Assembly (NCBI GenBank): GCA_934096985.1 | Contig: CAKONC010000001.1 | Span: 128,771-192,770, forward strand | Direction: 5' to 3' | Source of the DNA: an uncultured Bacilli bacterium | GTDB taxonomy: Bacteria > Bacillota_I > Bacilli_A > RF39 > UBA660 | Length of the DNA stretch: 64,000 nt | Made by a program: the position numbers and the translations under genes | Notes under the pieces: generated by a model | Told to the model about the DNA's origin: nothing | Databases searched by the model: none | Seen by the model: the letters and a program-made list of their open reading frames with translations, nothing else | In this document: in pieces, positions 1-11,659 of the stretch | Layout of the letters: every line of letters starts with the position of its first letter | Position numbering within the stretch: the stretch's first letter is position 1

Positions 1-1
1 T

Positions 2-331
2 TATCATGAAATGATAAAGCAAAGATACACTTTGGATGATTTACTTTTATCATTAAGACAAAAAGAGATTAGAGAAATAAATGAGGTTGAATATGCTTTT
101 TTAGAGCCTAATGGTAAACTTTCAATTTTTAAATATAAACCATTTAAAAAAAGTATTTATCCAATGCCTATTATTTTAGATGGTAAAATAGATTATGATG
201 CTTTAAAACATATTAAAAAAAGTGAAAATTATTTAAAAAATGTGTTAAATGAAAATAATCTTTCTTTAAAAGAAGTATTTTATGCTTTTTATAAAAATAA
301 AAAAATTTTTATAATAAAAAAAAGTAGTTAG
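2..331 (+). CDS. DUF421/YetF-family membrane protein, C-terminal part (5' end lies outside the window)
   Basis: The frame is open back to the window edge. The C-terminal region carries the YetF-like motif 'PIILDGKI...LEPNGKLSIF'. Confidence 0.5.
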   Translation, partial: YHEMIKQRYTLDDLLLSLRQKEIREINEVEYAFLEPNGKLSIFKYKPFKKSIYPMPIILDGKIDYDALKHIKKSENYLKNVLNENNLSLKEVFYAFYKNKKIFIIKKSS

Positions 332-567
332 TCTACTTTTTCAAAACGATATTCTTGCACTGAATTTGGATATTTTTCTTTATCGACTTTTGAAATGAAA
401 TTATCATATGGTCTTACCCATATTTTTCCATCATGATTTGATTTGTAAATAACAAGTTTGCGTGGATTGCCATCACTATCATTAATTTCACTATCATATC
501 CAATAAATAAAACTTTATAAACATTGCCTTTAAAATGCTTATAGGTTTTGTTTTCTTCAACTATCAT
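328..567 (-). CDS. DUF1653-like small protein
   Basis: 79-aa ORF. The 'YKHFKGNVYKV...WVRP' pattern is typical of DUF1653. Confidence 0.45.
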   Translation of the reverse strand: MIVEENKTYKHFKGNVYKVLFIGYDSEINDSDGNPRKLVIYKSNHDGKIWVRPYDNFISKVDKEKYPNSVQEYRFEKVD

Positions 568-658
568 TAATTTATCACCCTAGTAATAATTATACATTTT
601 TCACTTTAAAATATCAATTTTTTATTATATAATTGATAATAGAAAGTAGGTTGATTAT

Positions 659-1630
659 ATGAAAGTACTTTGTGTTGGTCGTTGTGAATATAATATGTTC
701 GGTGAAATAGATAAATATCCTGAAGAAGGAAGTATAAATAATATTACAAAAATTACTGAAACAAGTGGTGGATGCACAGTAAATGCTGCATATACTATTG
801 GAAAATATAAAATTGATACTTATGTTGGTTCTATAGTTGGTGATGATACATTTGGTAATTCAATTAGAAAAGAACTTGAAAAAATCGGCATTCATACTGA
901 ATATATGGAAATTGCTTATGAAAAAAAGACTCCAATGAGTTTAATTTTATTAAATCAAAATACTAAAATTAATACAGTTCTTACTTTGAATAAAGAAAAA
1001 TTACTTATGAAAAAAACAGAATTTGCAATGGATCCGGATTTAGTTTTAGTAGATAGTAGTGATTATGGAGCAGCTTTAGCAGCATTAAATAAATATGCAA
1101 ATAAAATTACTGTTATTCATGCAACATTGCCCAATTCTGAAACTATAGAATTATGTAAATATGTAAAGTATATAATATGTTCAAAAGGTTTTGCTTCGGC
1201 AGTTTCTGGAATTAAAATTGATTTTAATAATCCAAATTCACTAGTAAATGCTTATTCAGCTTTATTAAATAAATTTCCAAATAGAAATATTATTGTAACT
1301 CTTGGTGAAAAAGGAGCTATGTATACTGCAAATAATCAAATTAAAGTTATGCCTGGTTTAAAAGTTAATGCTGTTGATACTACAGGGGCAGGAGATATTT
1401 TTGCTGGGGCATTTGTCTATGGTATTTCAAAAGATTATGACATTGAAAAGTGTATAACTTTTGCTAATATTGCTGCTGGATTATCTGTTATCAAAATAGG
1501 TGGTAAACCATCAGTTCCAGAAATTGATGATGTTATGAAATATTTTAATCAAAAATATGCTCCTGAAGAAAATAAACAAGTAGTTCCTCCAGTTGTTCCA
1601 ACTGAAGCTGGTCAAACTACTACAAAATGA
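659..1630 (+). CDS. PfkB-family carbohydrate kinase (ribokinase-like)
   Basis: 'DTTGAGDIFAGAFVYG' PfkB signature 2 and a ribokinase-fold N-terminus. It has an extra Pro/Val-rich C-terminal tail. Confidence 0.8.
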   Translation: MKVLCVGRCEYNMFGEIDKYPEEGSINNITKITETSGGCTVNAAYTIGKYKIDTYVGSIVGDDTFGNSIRKELEKIGIHTEYMEIAYEKKTPMSLILLNQNTKINTVLTLNKEKLLMKKTEFAMDPDLVLVDSSDYGAALAALNKYANKITVIHATLPNSETIELCKYVKYIICSKGFASAVSGIKIDFNNPNSLVNAYSALLNKFPNRNIIVTLGEKGAMYTANNQIKVMPGLKVNAVDTTGAGDIFAGAFVYGISKDYDIEKCITFANIAAGLSVIKIGGKPSVPEIDDVMKYFNQKYAPEENKQVVPPVVPTEAGQTTTK

Positions 1631-1884
1631 TAATTACTAGTAAAACGCCTAAACTTGATTTGCATGGTGAAAAAAGTAGTATGGTTGAAGTTTTAGTAAA
1701 TGATTTTATTAATTTAAATGTATTACTAAAAAACGATGGAGTAATAATAATTCATGGTAAAAGTACTAATATATTAACTAAAGAAGTACATAATGTATTA
1801 AAAAATAACCATCAGGTAAAAAGGTTTTATTTAGATAATTGGAATTTAGGACAGACTATTGTTGAGCTTAAGAATAATTCTTAG
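1627..1884 (+). CDS. Smr-domain protein
   Basis: 'LDLHGEK...IIIHGKST' matches the Smr (small MutS-related) motif. Overlaps the preceding gene by 4 nt (ATGA). Confidence 0.6.
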   Translation: MIITSKTPKLDLHGEKSSMVEVLVNDFINLNVLLKNDGVIIIHGKSTNILTKEVHNVLKNNHQVKRFYLDNWNLGQTIVELKNNS

Positions 1885-1946
1885 GCTTTTAATTTGACAA
1901 AAATTAAACTTTTATGTATAATATGGGCAATTTAAAGGGGGTAAAT

Positions 1947-2615
1947 ATGAAAGATTATGCAAGTGAATATAAAGGTTATTGTTTAACATGTAAAAATTAT
2001 GATTTATCATCAAAAAATGATGCTACTACAAGAGGATTTAGATGTACTTATCACGGAAGACCTATGGCAATGGATGAAAAGTGTCCAAGATACTCAAAGG
2101 ATATAGCAAGAAGTAATTCTTACATATCATCTGCGGTAAGCTGGATGAATAATCATGGCTATGATCCACGTAGAGATAAAGACACATTTTGCTATATAAC
2201 AACGATTTGCTGTGATATTTTGGGATATTCAGATAGTCATATATATTTAGAAAGTTTAAGAGCACTAAGAGACTATTTACTTAATTCTGATTTTGGTAAA
2301 AAAATTCTTTTTGATTATGACGTTTATGGAGTAAAAGTTGCTCAAAAGGTGTATGAGTCTTATACTTTTGATAAAGAAAATACTCTTAGTATGATTAATG
2401 AAGTTATAGTACCTAATTATTTTGAACCATTATGTGCATTAATTCAAAGTGGTCAATTTGAACAAGCTACGAATTTATATGTAAAAATGACTTTTGTTCT
2501 TATGAGAAGGTATCACATAAATTATTATCTAATACCTATAAAAGGTAGCCAAATTGAGCCTAAAGACTTAGGACATGGTTATGATTATGGTAGAAAATTA
2601 GCAATTAAATATTAA
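1947..2615 (+). CDS. hypothetical protein with Cys/His-rich N-terminus (possible zinc ribbon)
   Basis: ATG at 1947 is preceded by an AAAGGGGG RBS. The N-terminal region contains C-x2-C ... C-x-x-H ... C-P motifs. Confidence 0.55.
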   Translation: MKDYASEYKGYCLTCKNYDLSSKNDATTRGFRCTYHGRPMAMDEKCPRYSKDIARSNSYISSAVSWMNNHGYDPRRDKDTFCYITTICCDILGYSDSHIYLESLRALRDYLLNSDFGKKILFDYDVYGVKVAQKVYESYTFDKENTLSMINEVIVPNYFEPLCALIQSGQFEQATNLYVKMTFVLMRRYHINYYLIPIKGSQIEPKDLGHGYDYGRKLAIKY

Positions 2616-2630
2616 AAAATTGCTTTTTTA
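2601..2630 (+). terminator. rho-independent terminator
   Basis: GCAATT/AATTGC stem followed by a T-run. Overlaps the stop codon of the 1947..2615 gene. Confidence 0.5.
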
Positions 2631-2659
2631 TTGACGTAAAATAACTTTCATAGTATAAT
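2631..2659 (+). promoter_or_regulatory. sigma-A type promoter (TTGACG-17-TATAAT)
   Basis: Near-consensus -35 and -10 hexamers with a 17-nt spacer. Confidence 0.55.
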
Positions 2660-2697
2660 TTAATCCCATTGGTAAATACTATATATGAGGTGTAAAT

Positions 2698-2726
2698 TTG
2701 ACATTTTACAAAAAATATGCTATAAT
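2698..2726 (+). promoter_or_regulatory. sigma-A type promoter (TTGACA-17-TATAAT)
   Basis: Consensus hexamers with a 17-nt spacer, 27 nt upstream of the ATG at 2753. Second of two tandem promoters. Confidence 0.6.
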
Positions 2727-2752
2727 CATAGCGTAATAAGGGGGAAATAGAT

Positions 2753-3172
2753 ATGAAAGGTTATGTATTAGATTACGTTAATGAAAACGAATTTAGAAAG
2801 TTAGAAAGAGCGTTAAAAAAATACAACATGATAGCTTTCAAAAAATTAAATTTCGAATATTATCCATCATTAAGAAATGGTAATTTTGTAGGAGAAATGG
2901 TTGCTAGCAATAAGAAAAATGGCACAGAAAGTTATGAATTAAAACTTCCAAGTGATAAAATATTTACTCAAATTCATGGAGAAGTTAAATTATTATATAC
3001 AGTTCATAAAAAAGAGGGTATTGTAATTCTTGAAACTTTAACTCCAGAAGATATTTTATTAGAAGGTCACAGAAGTGAACTTACTACATATAAAGGAATA
3101 ATGATTTCTAAACAAAATGCCTCAAAAGAAATGTTTAAAATTGATTTATTAAATATGTTACAAAATAAATAA
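2753..3172 (+). CDS. hypothetical protein (weak RelE/ParE-like C-terminal pattern)
   Basis: ATG with a GGGGGAAA RBS. The region 'GEVKLLYTVHKKEGIVILETLTPEDILLEGHR' loosely resembles the RelE/ParE core. Confidence 0.4.
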   Translation: MKGYVLDYVNENEFRKLERALKKYNMIAFKKLNFEYYPSLRNGNFVGEMVASNKKNGTESYELKLPSDKIFTQIHGEVKLLYTVHKKEGIVILETLTPEDILLEGHRSELTTYKGIMISKQNASKEMFKIDLLNMLQNK

Positions 3173-3244
3173 GCTGATAGATGCTTATTTTTTTATTTTT
3201 TTATTGCTTTTTTAGTTTTTTTATAATATAATCATAGTGTTGTT

Positions 3245-3321
3245 GGACCTCTAGCTCAGTTGGTTAGAGCATCCGGCTCATAACCGGGCGGTCATAGGTT
3301 CGAGTCCTATGAGGTCCACCA
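3245..3321 (+). tRNA. tRNA with CAU anticodon, elongator type; probably tRNA-Ile2 (lysidine) rather than tRNA-Met
   Basis: Cloverleaf is readable. G1-C72 is paired, so it is not an initiator. C4-G69 and C5-G68 are present, which are TilS determinants in E. coli. CCA is encoded. Confidence 0.8.
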
Positions 3322-3328
3322 TTCAATT

Positions 3329-3413
3329 GCAGGTATGGCGGAATTGGCAGACGCGTTAGACTTAGGATCTAATGGAGTAATCCGTGGGGGTTCAAGTCCC
3401 TTTACCTGCACCA
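3329..3413 (+). tRNA. tRNA-Leu (UAG anticodon)
   Basis: Class II tRNA with a long variable arm. Anticodon loop is cuUAGga. Acceptor stem gcaggta/tacctgc. CCA is encoded. Confidence 0.85.
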
Positions 3414-3460
3414 GATTGATAGGAAACTCGAACTTTTATAAATTCGAGAGTAATAAATTA

Positions 3461-3483
3461 CTAACAGAAATGTTAGTTTTTTT
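3461..3483 (+). terminator. rho-independent terminator downstream of the tRNA pair
   Basis: CTAACA-gaaa-TGTTAG hairpin followed by T7. Confidence 0.6.
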
Positions 3484-3512
3484 GTTATTTAAGAAAGGAA
3501 AAGTGATGAGTT

Positions 3513-3782
3513 ATGACAATAGAAACTAAAGAACTTGTAATAAGTGAAGAATTAAAAAGAAAGGTAGAAATGATTTGTAGGTTTGCTTATGTTGACTACA
3601 CTATCACAAATGGAAATATTAAAAGTATTAAAAACACAAATATTGCTATGGTTAAACCTCATATAGTAAAAATTAAAGGTATTGATTATTTAATATTTGA
3701 TGAATGTGATGATATTTTTATAAATGGTTATAAAGAGAAAATTAAGTTTAAAGATTTTGAAGAATATATTAAAACCCACTAA
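3513..3782 (+). CDS. hypothetical protein (element-associated)
   Basis: 89-aa ORF between the tRNAs and the recombinase promoter. No recognisable domain. Confidence 0.4.
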   Translation: MTIETKELVISEELKRKVEMICRFAYVDYTITNGNIKSIKNTNIAMVKPHIVKIKGIDYLIFDECDDIFINGYKEKIKFKDFEEYIKTH

Positions 3783-3787
3783 AACCT

Positions 3788-3816
3788 TGACAAATCAAGA
3801 ATAAATGTATATAGTA
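3788..3816 (+). promoter_or_regulatory. sigma-A type promoter (TTGACA-17-TATAGT) upstream of the recombinase
   Basis: Consensus -35, 17-nt spacer, near-consensus -10. Confidence 0.55.
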
Positions 3817-3922
3817 TAGAACTAATAAAAGCAAGCAGTATCGCTTTTTAAAGGGGAAAGAGAGGTACTTCTATGATTAAAAGCACATATAACATATTTA
3901 AAATTTATACTTATTTATTTAA

Positions 3923-7088
<3,166 letters not shown>

Positions 7089-7275
7089 AAAACGAGCAAC
7101 AGCTCGTGAAAAAAGACCATTTTGTCGAAATGGTAACACACTACGCTATTGGCAAAGCCAATAACGGTGTGAAAAAGGGAAATTCCCTTTTTAATCCCTT
7201 TTAATCATAATTTTAGCAAGGCATATAAAGCCAAGCAAAATTATGTTTTTATTTTCAAAACTTCGTAATGAAAAT

Positions 7276-7308
7276 AAAGAAAAGTTCTAATGAAATAACA
7301 ATTATTAG
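7276..7308. terminator. bidirectional terminator (GTTCTAAT-loop-ATTAGAAC)
   Basis: 8-bp stem flanked by an A-run upstream and a T-run downstream. Serves the minus-strand gene ending at 7337. Confidence 0.5.
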
Positions 7309-7336
7309 AACTTTTTAAACATATTCAAAAAACAAA

Positions 7337-7831
7337 TTATCGTCTTGGGCTACGATTATTTCCTTTTGCATTTTCTATATCAGCATCAATTGAACGAAGT
7401 TGTTCTTGTAATTTTGCCATTTGAGCCATTACTCTTTCTCTCTCTTGAATTTTTCTTGTTATAAATTGATCTGATAACTTAGTTTGTAATTCATCAAGTG
7501 ATTTAAAAAAGTCTTCTTTAGTTAATATACCATATCTATCACAAACAAAAAGTTGCAATTTAGCATTATCCATAACAGTAGGTTTAGTTTTAAGAACTGG
7601 AGCAAAAGGATTTTTTTCTAACCCTTTTCCCAAATAATTCCAACCTTCATGTTTAACTTCTGATAAGCCACCACCTATACCATCCATTTCTTCCATTGTT
7701 GTATAAGTACCATATACAATGTTATTATTAACTTCTTCTCTTAGACCGTTTTTTTCTAAAAAATCCCTTAAAAGATATCCTCTTAATTCAGCATCAATAG
7801 TTATTATTGAATTATTTTGAAAATTACTCAC
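7337..7831 (-). CDS. hypothetical protein (element cargo, operon with 7900..8136)
   Basis: 164-aa ORF with an AAGGAAG RBS. No recognisable domain. Confidence 0.5.
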   Translation of the reverse strand: MSNFQNNSIITIDAELRGYLLRDFLEKNGLREEVNNNIVYGTYTTMEEMDGIGGGLSEVKHEGWNYLGKGLEKNPFAPVLKTKPTVMDNAKLQLFVCDRYGILTKEDFFKSLDELQTKLSDQFITRKIQERERVMAQMAKLQEQLRSIDADIENAKGNNRSPRR

Positions 7832-7899
7832 ATTAACACTTCCTTGTTAATATAATTATAGCATATAAATAACACATTTTGGTTAATAATTAATATTAT

Positions 7900-8136
7900 T
7901 TATCTTCTTTTAAACATTTGATTTTCACAGCCTATTTTTAAAACACTTCTTAATTCCCATATTTTTTCATCAATACCAGGAAATCTATCATCAATGGCTC
8001 TTTGTTCTAATAATTCCAAATTACTAGATAGTAATGAATCCAATTGGTGCATTTCTTCTTCTTCATTAGGGGTTAAATCACCAAAATAATGATGTCGATC
8101 TTTTAATTCTTTAAGGCGTTTAATGTCGTCATTCAT
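7900..8136 (-). CDS. hypothetical small acidic protein
   Basis: 78-aa ORF with an AAGGAGG RBS 8 nt upstream. Confidence 0.5.
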   Translation of the reverse strand: MNDDIKRLKELKDRHHYFGDLTPNEEEEMHQLDSLLSSNLELLEQRAIDDRFPGIDEKIWELRSVLKIGCENQMFKRR

Positions 8137-8252
8137 AAATAACCTCCTTGTTATTAATTATTATACCATATTTTTGCGTAAATTAAAAATTTTGATTAAA
8201 GGAATTGGCAACTTTATTATTAAAAAAATAAAAATTGTGATATAATTATATT

Positions 8253-8391
8253 AGTTAGTAGTTATTACTACCTATAAATTTATGCCTAGTGGTTGTTATA
8301 CTTCCACCAAAAGGGCACCATTAAAGAATCTGGTTGAACTTTGGTTCAATTAACTAATAAATATCAATTCTAGAAATGGAATTGATTTTTT
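8253..8391 (+). ncRNA. candidate small RNA (extended -10 promoter to intrinsic terminator)
   Basis: TGATATAAT extended -10 at 8238-8246. Three hairpins. TCAATTC/GAATTGA terminator with T6 at 8364-8391. There is no plus-strand ORF with an RBS in this interval. Confidence 0.3.
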
Positions 8392-8508
8392 GTTGTGTGA
8401 AAGAAAGGAATGATTTAATGGTAAACATTATTAAAGAAGATTTAGATATTGAAGAAGCATTAAAAAGAAATTAGAGTTTATATGTAGTTTTTGTAATACT
8501 AGTTGTGA

Positions 8509-8850
8509 AATAAAAAATGGTTCAATAAGAATAATAGAATTAAGACTCTAACCGAGAATAATGAAACTCTTAATTTAAGGGTTAAAACCTTAAATGACAC
8601 GATTAAAGAAAAAGATAATGAAATATCATTTTTAAAATCTAAAATGCAAGATTTAAAAGATACTCTAGAATATTGGAAAGATAAATTTGAAAAACTAATA
8701 TCTTTCTTACACAATAAACTTCATAGTTGGTATGATAAAGATGATAAATATATCGGTGTAATTAATGATATGTATGATGATAATGTTTTAGATGATGATG
8801 ACATTGAAGAATTAGATTTAAGTAAAGAAAAAGATGATTTTGAGAGATAA
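8509..8850 (+). pseudogene. coiled-coil/acidic protein gene, probably 5'-truncated
   Basis: The reading frame is open from 8509, but the first ATG is at 8644. Heptad-like 'LNLRVKTLNDTIKEKDNEISFLKSKMQDLKD', then an acidic tail. Confidence 0.3.
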
Positions 8851-8936
8851 TGATAAAAATCTTGATTCAAATATTTAATTATATGATAAAATAAATAATT
8901 AAAGAAACTTTATTCAATGTAGAAAGGATGTGAGTT

Positions 8937-9818
8937 ATGAATAAAGACAATATTAAAGCAGAAATTATAGTAAAAGACCGTAAAATTGGTGTTTTAAGAA
9001 TTGGAAATAAAGAATATATTTCACTTACTGATTTAGCAAGATATGCAGATAATGAAGAACCTAGACTTCCAATTAGAGATTGGATGAGAAGCAAAGAAGT
9101 AATTTCTTATTTGGGACTATGGGAAAGTATACATAATGAAAATTTTAAAGGGGGCGAATTCGACACGTTTAAAAATGAGGCTGGAAGCAACACTTTTAAA
9201 ATGTCACCTCAAAAATGGATAAAAGAAACAAATGCTATTGGGATTATATCAAAATCAGGTAGATATGATGGTGGAACATTTGCAGATCCAGATATTGCAT
9301 TTGAATTTGCTAGTTGGTTAAGTCCTGAGTTTAAATTATATGTTATTCAAGAATTTCAAAGATTAAAGAAAAATGAAGCATACCAGAATAAAATTGATTG
9401 GCATGCTAATAGAGTTTTAGCAAAAGTTAGTTATGTTGTTCATACTGATGCTATTAAAAGTATAATTGTTCCAACCTTAACTGAAAGACAAAAGAAATTT
9501 GTCTATGCCGAGGAAGCTGATGTTTTAAATGTAGCATTATTTGGTATAACTGCTAAAGAATGGAGAGAAAGCAATCCTGAATTAGCAGATAAAGGAAATA
9601 TTAGAGATTATACTGATTTGCTTCATTTAGTAATATTAAATAATTTAGAAAATATAAATGCTGAATTAATTGAAATGAAAATACCACAAAATGAAAGACT
9701 TGTTAGACTAAATAATATTGCTAGAAAACAAATGGAATTATTAAAAAATAATAAATCATTTAATAACCTTGAGTATATTGAAAACAAAGTTAATGATAAA
9801 CTATCGTTACCTGTGTAA
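8937..9818 (+). CDS. KilA-N domain protein (phage/element-associated DNA-binding protein)
   Basis: 'SLTDLARYA...DPDIAFEFASWLSPEFKLYV' matches the KilA-N/APSES pattern. Confidence 0.7.
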   Translation: MNKDNIKAEIIVKDRKIGVLRIGNKEYISLTDLARYADNEEPRLPIRDWMRSKEVISYLGLWESIHNENFKGGEFDTFKNEAGSNTFKMSPQKWIKETNAIGIISKSGRYDGGTFADPDIAFEFASWLSPEFKLYVIQEFQRLKKNEAYQNKIDWHANRVLAKVSYVVHTDAIKSIIVPTLTERQKKFVYAEEADVLNVALFGITAKEWRESNPELADKGNIRDYTDLLHLVILNNLENINAELIEMKIPQNERLVRLNNIARKQMELLKNNKSFNNLEYIENKVNDKLSLPV

Positions 9819-9882
9819 TTAAAATTGTCAAATATATTCAAAAATTAATAAAAACGTGATATAATGTTTTCGGAGGCATTTT

Positions 9883-10269
9883 ATGAGTAAAATAAAAATT
9901 AATATGACTACAAAACCAGATTATAACAATTTGACTGTAGCAGTTTCTATTCAATCACCAGAGAGAGATCGTATTATTATGTCCAAAGATATACATTCTG
10001 CAGAAGAAAGTTATATTGCAAAAAGAGATGAAGCACAACTTGCTCAAGATAAAGAATGTTATGATAGAGCAAGAGCAGTTTGTAAGTGGGCTGCAACTTG
10101 TGGAGCAACAATAAAGGCTCAACGTGTAGAACAAGGACAATTACATTTTGTTTTCAGATTTTCATCATTAGAACAATTGAAAGAGTTCCACGAAAGTGCA
10201 AGTATTAATATCGGTGGAGCAACAATGACTGCTGAATATTTTGAACAAGCAAATGGAAGAAGAAGATAA
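9883..10269 (+). CDS. hypothetical protein (locally elevated GC)
   Basis: 128-aa ORF. Its codon composition is atypical for the window. Confidence 0.45.
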   Translation: MSKIKINMTTKPDYNNLTVAVSIQSPERDRIIMSKDIHSAEESYIAKRDEAQLAQDKECYDRARAVCKWAATCGATIKAQRVEQGQLHFVFRFSSLEQLKEFHESASINIGGATMTAEYFEQANGRRR

Positions 10270-10500
10270 TATTAATAAATCACGATTTTTGATGTTTTGT
10301 GATTTTTTATTTAATCAATATAGATAATTTGCTAAATTCATGCTATATTATATATAGAACTGATATTTATTAGTTGTTCTTTTGGGTATAAGAGTTCAAA
10401 ATAGGCTCTTATATCGCACCAATTGAATAACTAAAGTTCCGTATATTCGGACTTTTTTTATGCTATAAAAAAACTTAATATTTGCATACTAAGTGTATTT

Positions 10501-11529
10501 TTATCCAAATATGTCATTGATTTTTTTTGTAAAATATTTATTACTTAGTCCTAATTTTATAAAAAATTCACCATATTTAGAATATAAAAGTTTACTTAAA
10601 AAACATCTTTTATTTAATGAACTATATAGTTTTTTAGTCTTTTTAAAATATATATTTTTTAAATTGCAATTATTTTTTAGACAAAATTCTATGCTTTCTG
10701 CAGCTTTTATACCGGATAGTAGAGCATAGTAAATACCTTCACCGCTTACTCTATCTACTAATGAAGCAGCATCTCCTACCAGTATAAATCTGTCATTTAT
10801 GACAGATTTTTTAAAAACTTTTTTTGAATAAAGTGGTATATGATAACCTCTTATTTTTGTTTTATCAATTTTTAAATTATATTTTTTTGCAAAGCCATAT
10901 AAATAATTTAAATATTCATCTTTTTTATTTACAAACTTACCAACACCAATTGTTGTATGATCATTTTTAGGAAAAATCCATCCATATCCATCCTTTATTG
11001 CCGAAAAGTCAAAAATCGTTTCATCAAAAATATCATCACTATTATATTCTATACAGAATCCAAATTTTCTATTTTCAATCATTTTTCTACTATAACCATT
11101 TACACCATCAGCAAATATAATATATTTAAATTCATATTCGTTTTTATCGGTTATTAATATATGTTCCTTAATATTTATAACATTTTCTTTTTCAAATAAG
11201 TTATTTTTAGTGGCTTGTTTTACGTTATTATAATCAAATTCTTTTCTATCAACCATTATAATATCATTGTATAACTTTGTTTTCTTTGATAATTTATTTG
11301 AAACAATTCTAACTTCTTTACATTTTTTTGTATTAATATTTTCTATCTTCATATTTAAATAATTAATTAAATTTATACTTTTATGAGTTAAACCACCACC
11401 ACATAGTTTCTCTCTAGGAAATTTGTTTTTTTCTATTATACAAAAATTAATATTAACTTTTTTAAGCGTTTTTGCTGCGGCAATTCCTGCGGGTCCTGCG
11501 CCAATAATAATTACATCATATTTTTTCAT
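10501..11529 (-). CDS. FAD-dependent oxidoreductase, geranylgeranyl-reductase family
   Basis: 'IIIGAGPAGIAAA' Rossmann dinucleotide motif and a 'CGGGL' motif. Confidence 0.8.
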   Translation of the reverse strand: MKKYDVIIIGAGPAGIAAAKTLKKVNINFCIIEKNKFPREKLCGGGLTHKSINLINYLNMKIENINTKKCKEVRIVSNKLSKKTKLYNDIIMVDRKEFDYNNVKQATKNNLFEKENVINIKEHILITDKNEYEFKYIIFADGVNGYSRKMIENRKFGFCIEYNSDDIFDETIFDFSAIKDGYGWIFPKNDHTTIGVGKFVNKKDEYLNYLYGFAKKYNLKIDKTKIRGYHIPLYSKKVFKKSVINDRFILVGDAASLVDRVSGEGIYYALLSGIKAAESIEFCLKNNCNLKNIYFKKTKKLYSSLNKRCFLSKLLYSKYGEFFIKLGLSNKYFTKKINDIFG

Positions 11530-11659
11530 AAGTAACCTTTCTAATAAATTAAAATAATTATATCATAGTTTTTTTATTTGAATAAATTAATTGTAAATAA
11601 GTGTTATGTTAGTAGTAAGTATTATTTTTTTTGTGATATAATCTTGTTTGAGGTATAAA

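Noticed and set aside
2062-2265. Minus-strand 67-aa ORF
   Set aside because: It is antisense within the 1947..2615 gene. It has no RBS, and the plus-strand gene has the better start context.
3335-3529. 64-aa ORF in the supplied track
   Set aside because: It lies on top of the tRNA-Leu gene and its terminator. This is an RNA gene, not coding.
8499-8714. Minus-strand 71-aa ORF overlapping the coiled-coil fragment
   Set aside because: It is a low-complexity antisense frame. The plus-strand acidic/coiled-coil reading is the more protein-like of the two, though itself uncertain.
8879-10140. Minus-strand ORFs 8879..9094, 9623..9841 and 9955..10140
   Set aside because: All are antisense to the KilA-N gene or to the 128-aa gene. 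They are Leu/Ser/Ile-rich spurious frames.
10493-11157. Two plus-strand ORFs (78 and 66 aa) inside the oxidoreductase gene
   Set aside because: They are antisense to a confidently identified FAD-oxidoreductase CDS. They are AT-rich Phe/Ile/Lys runs typical of spurious frames.
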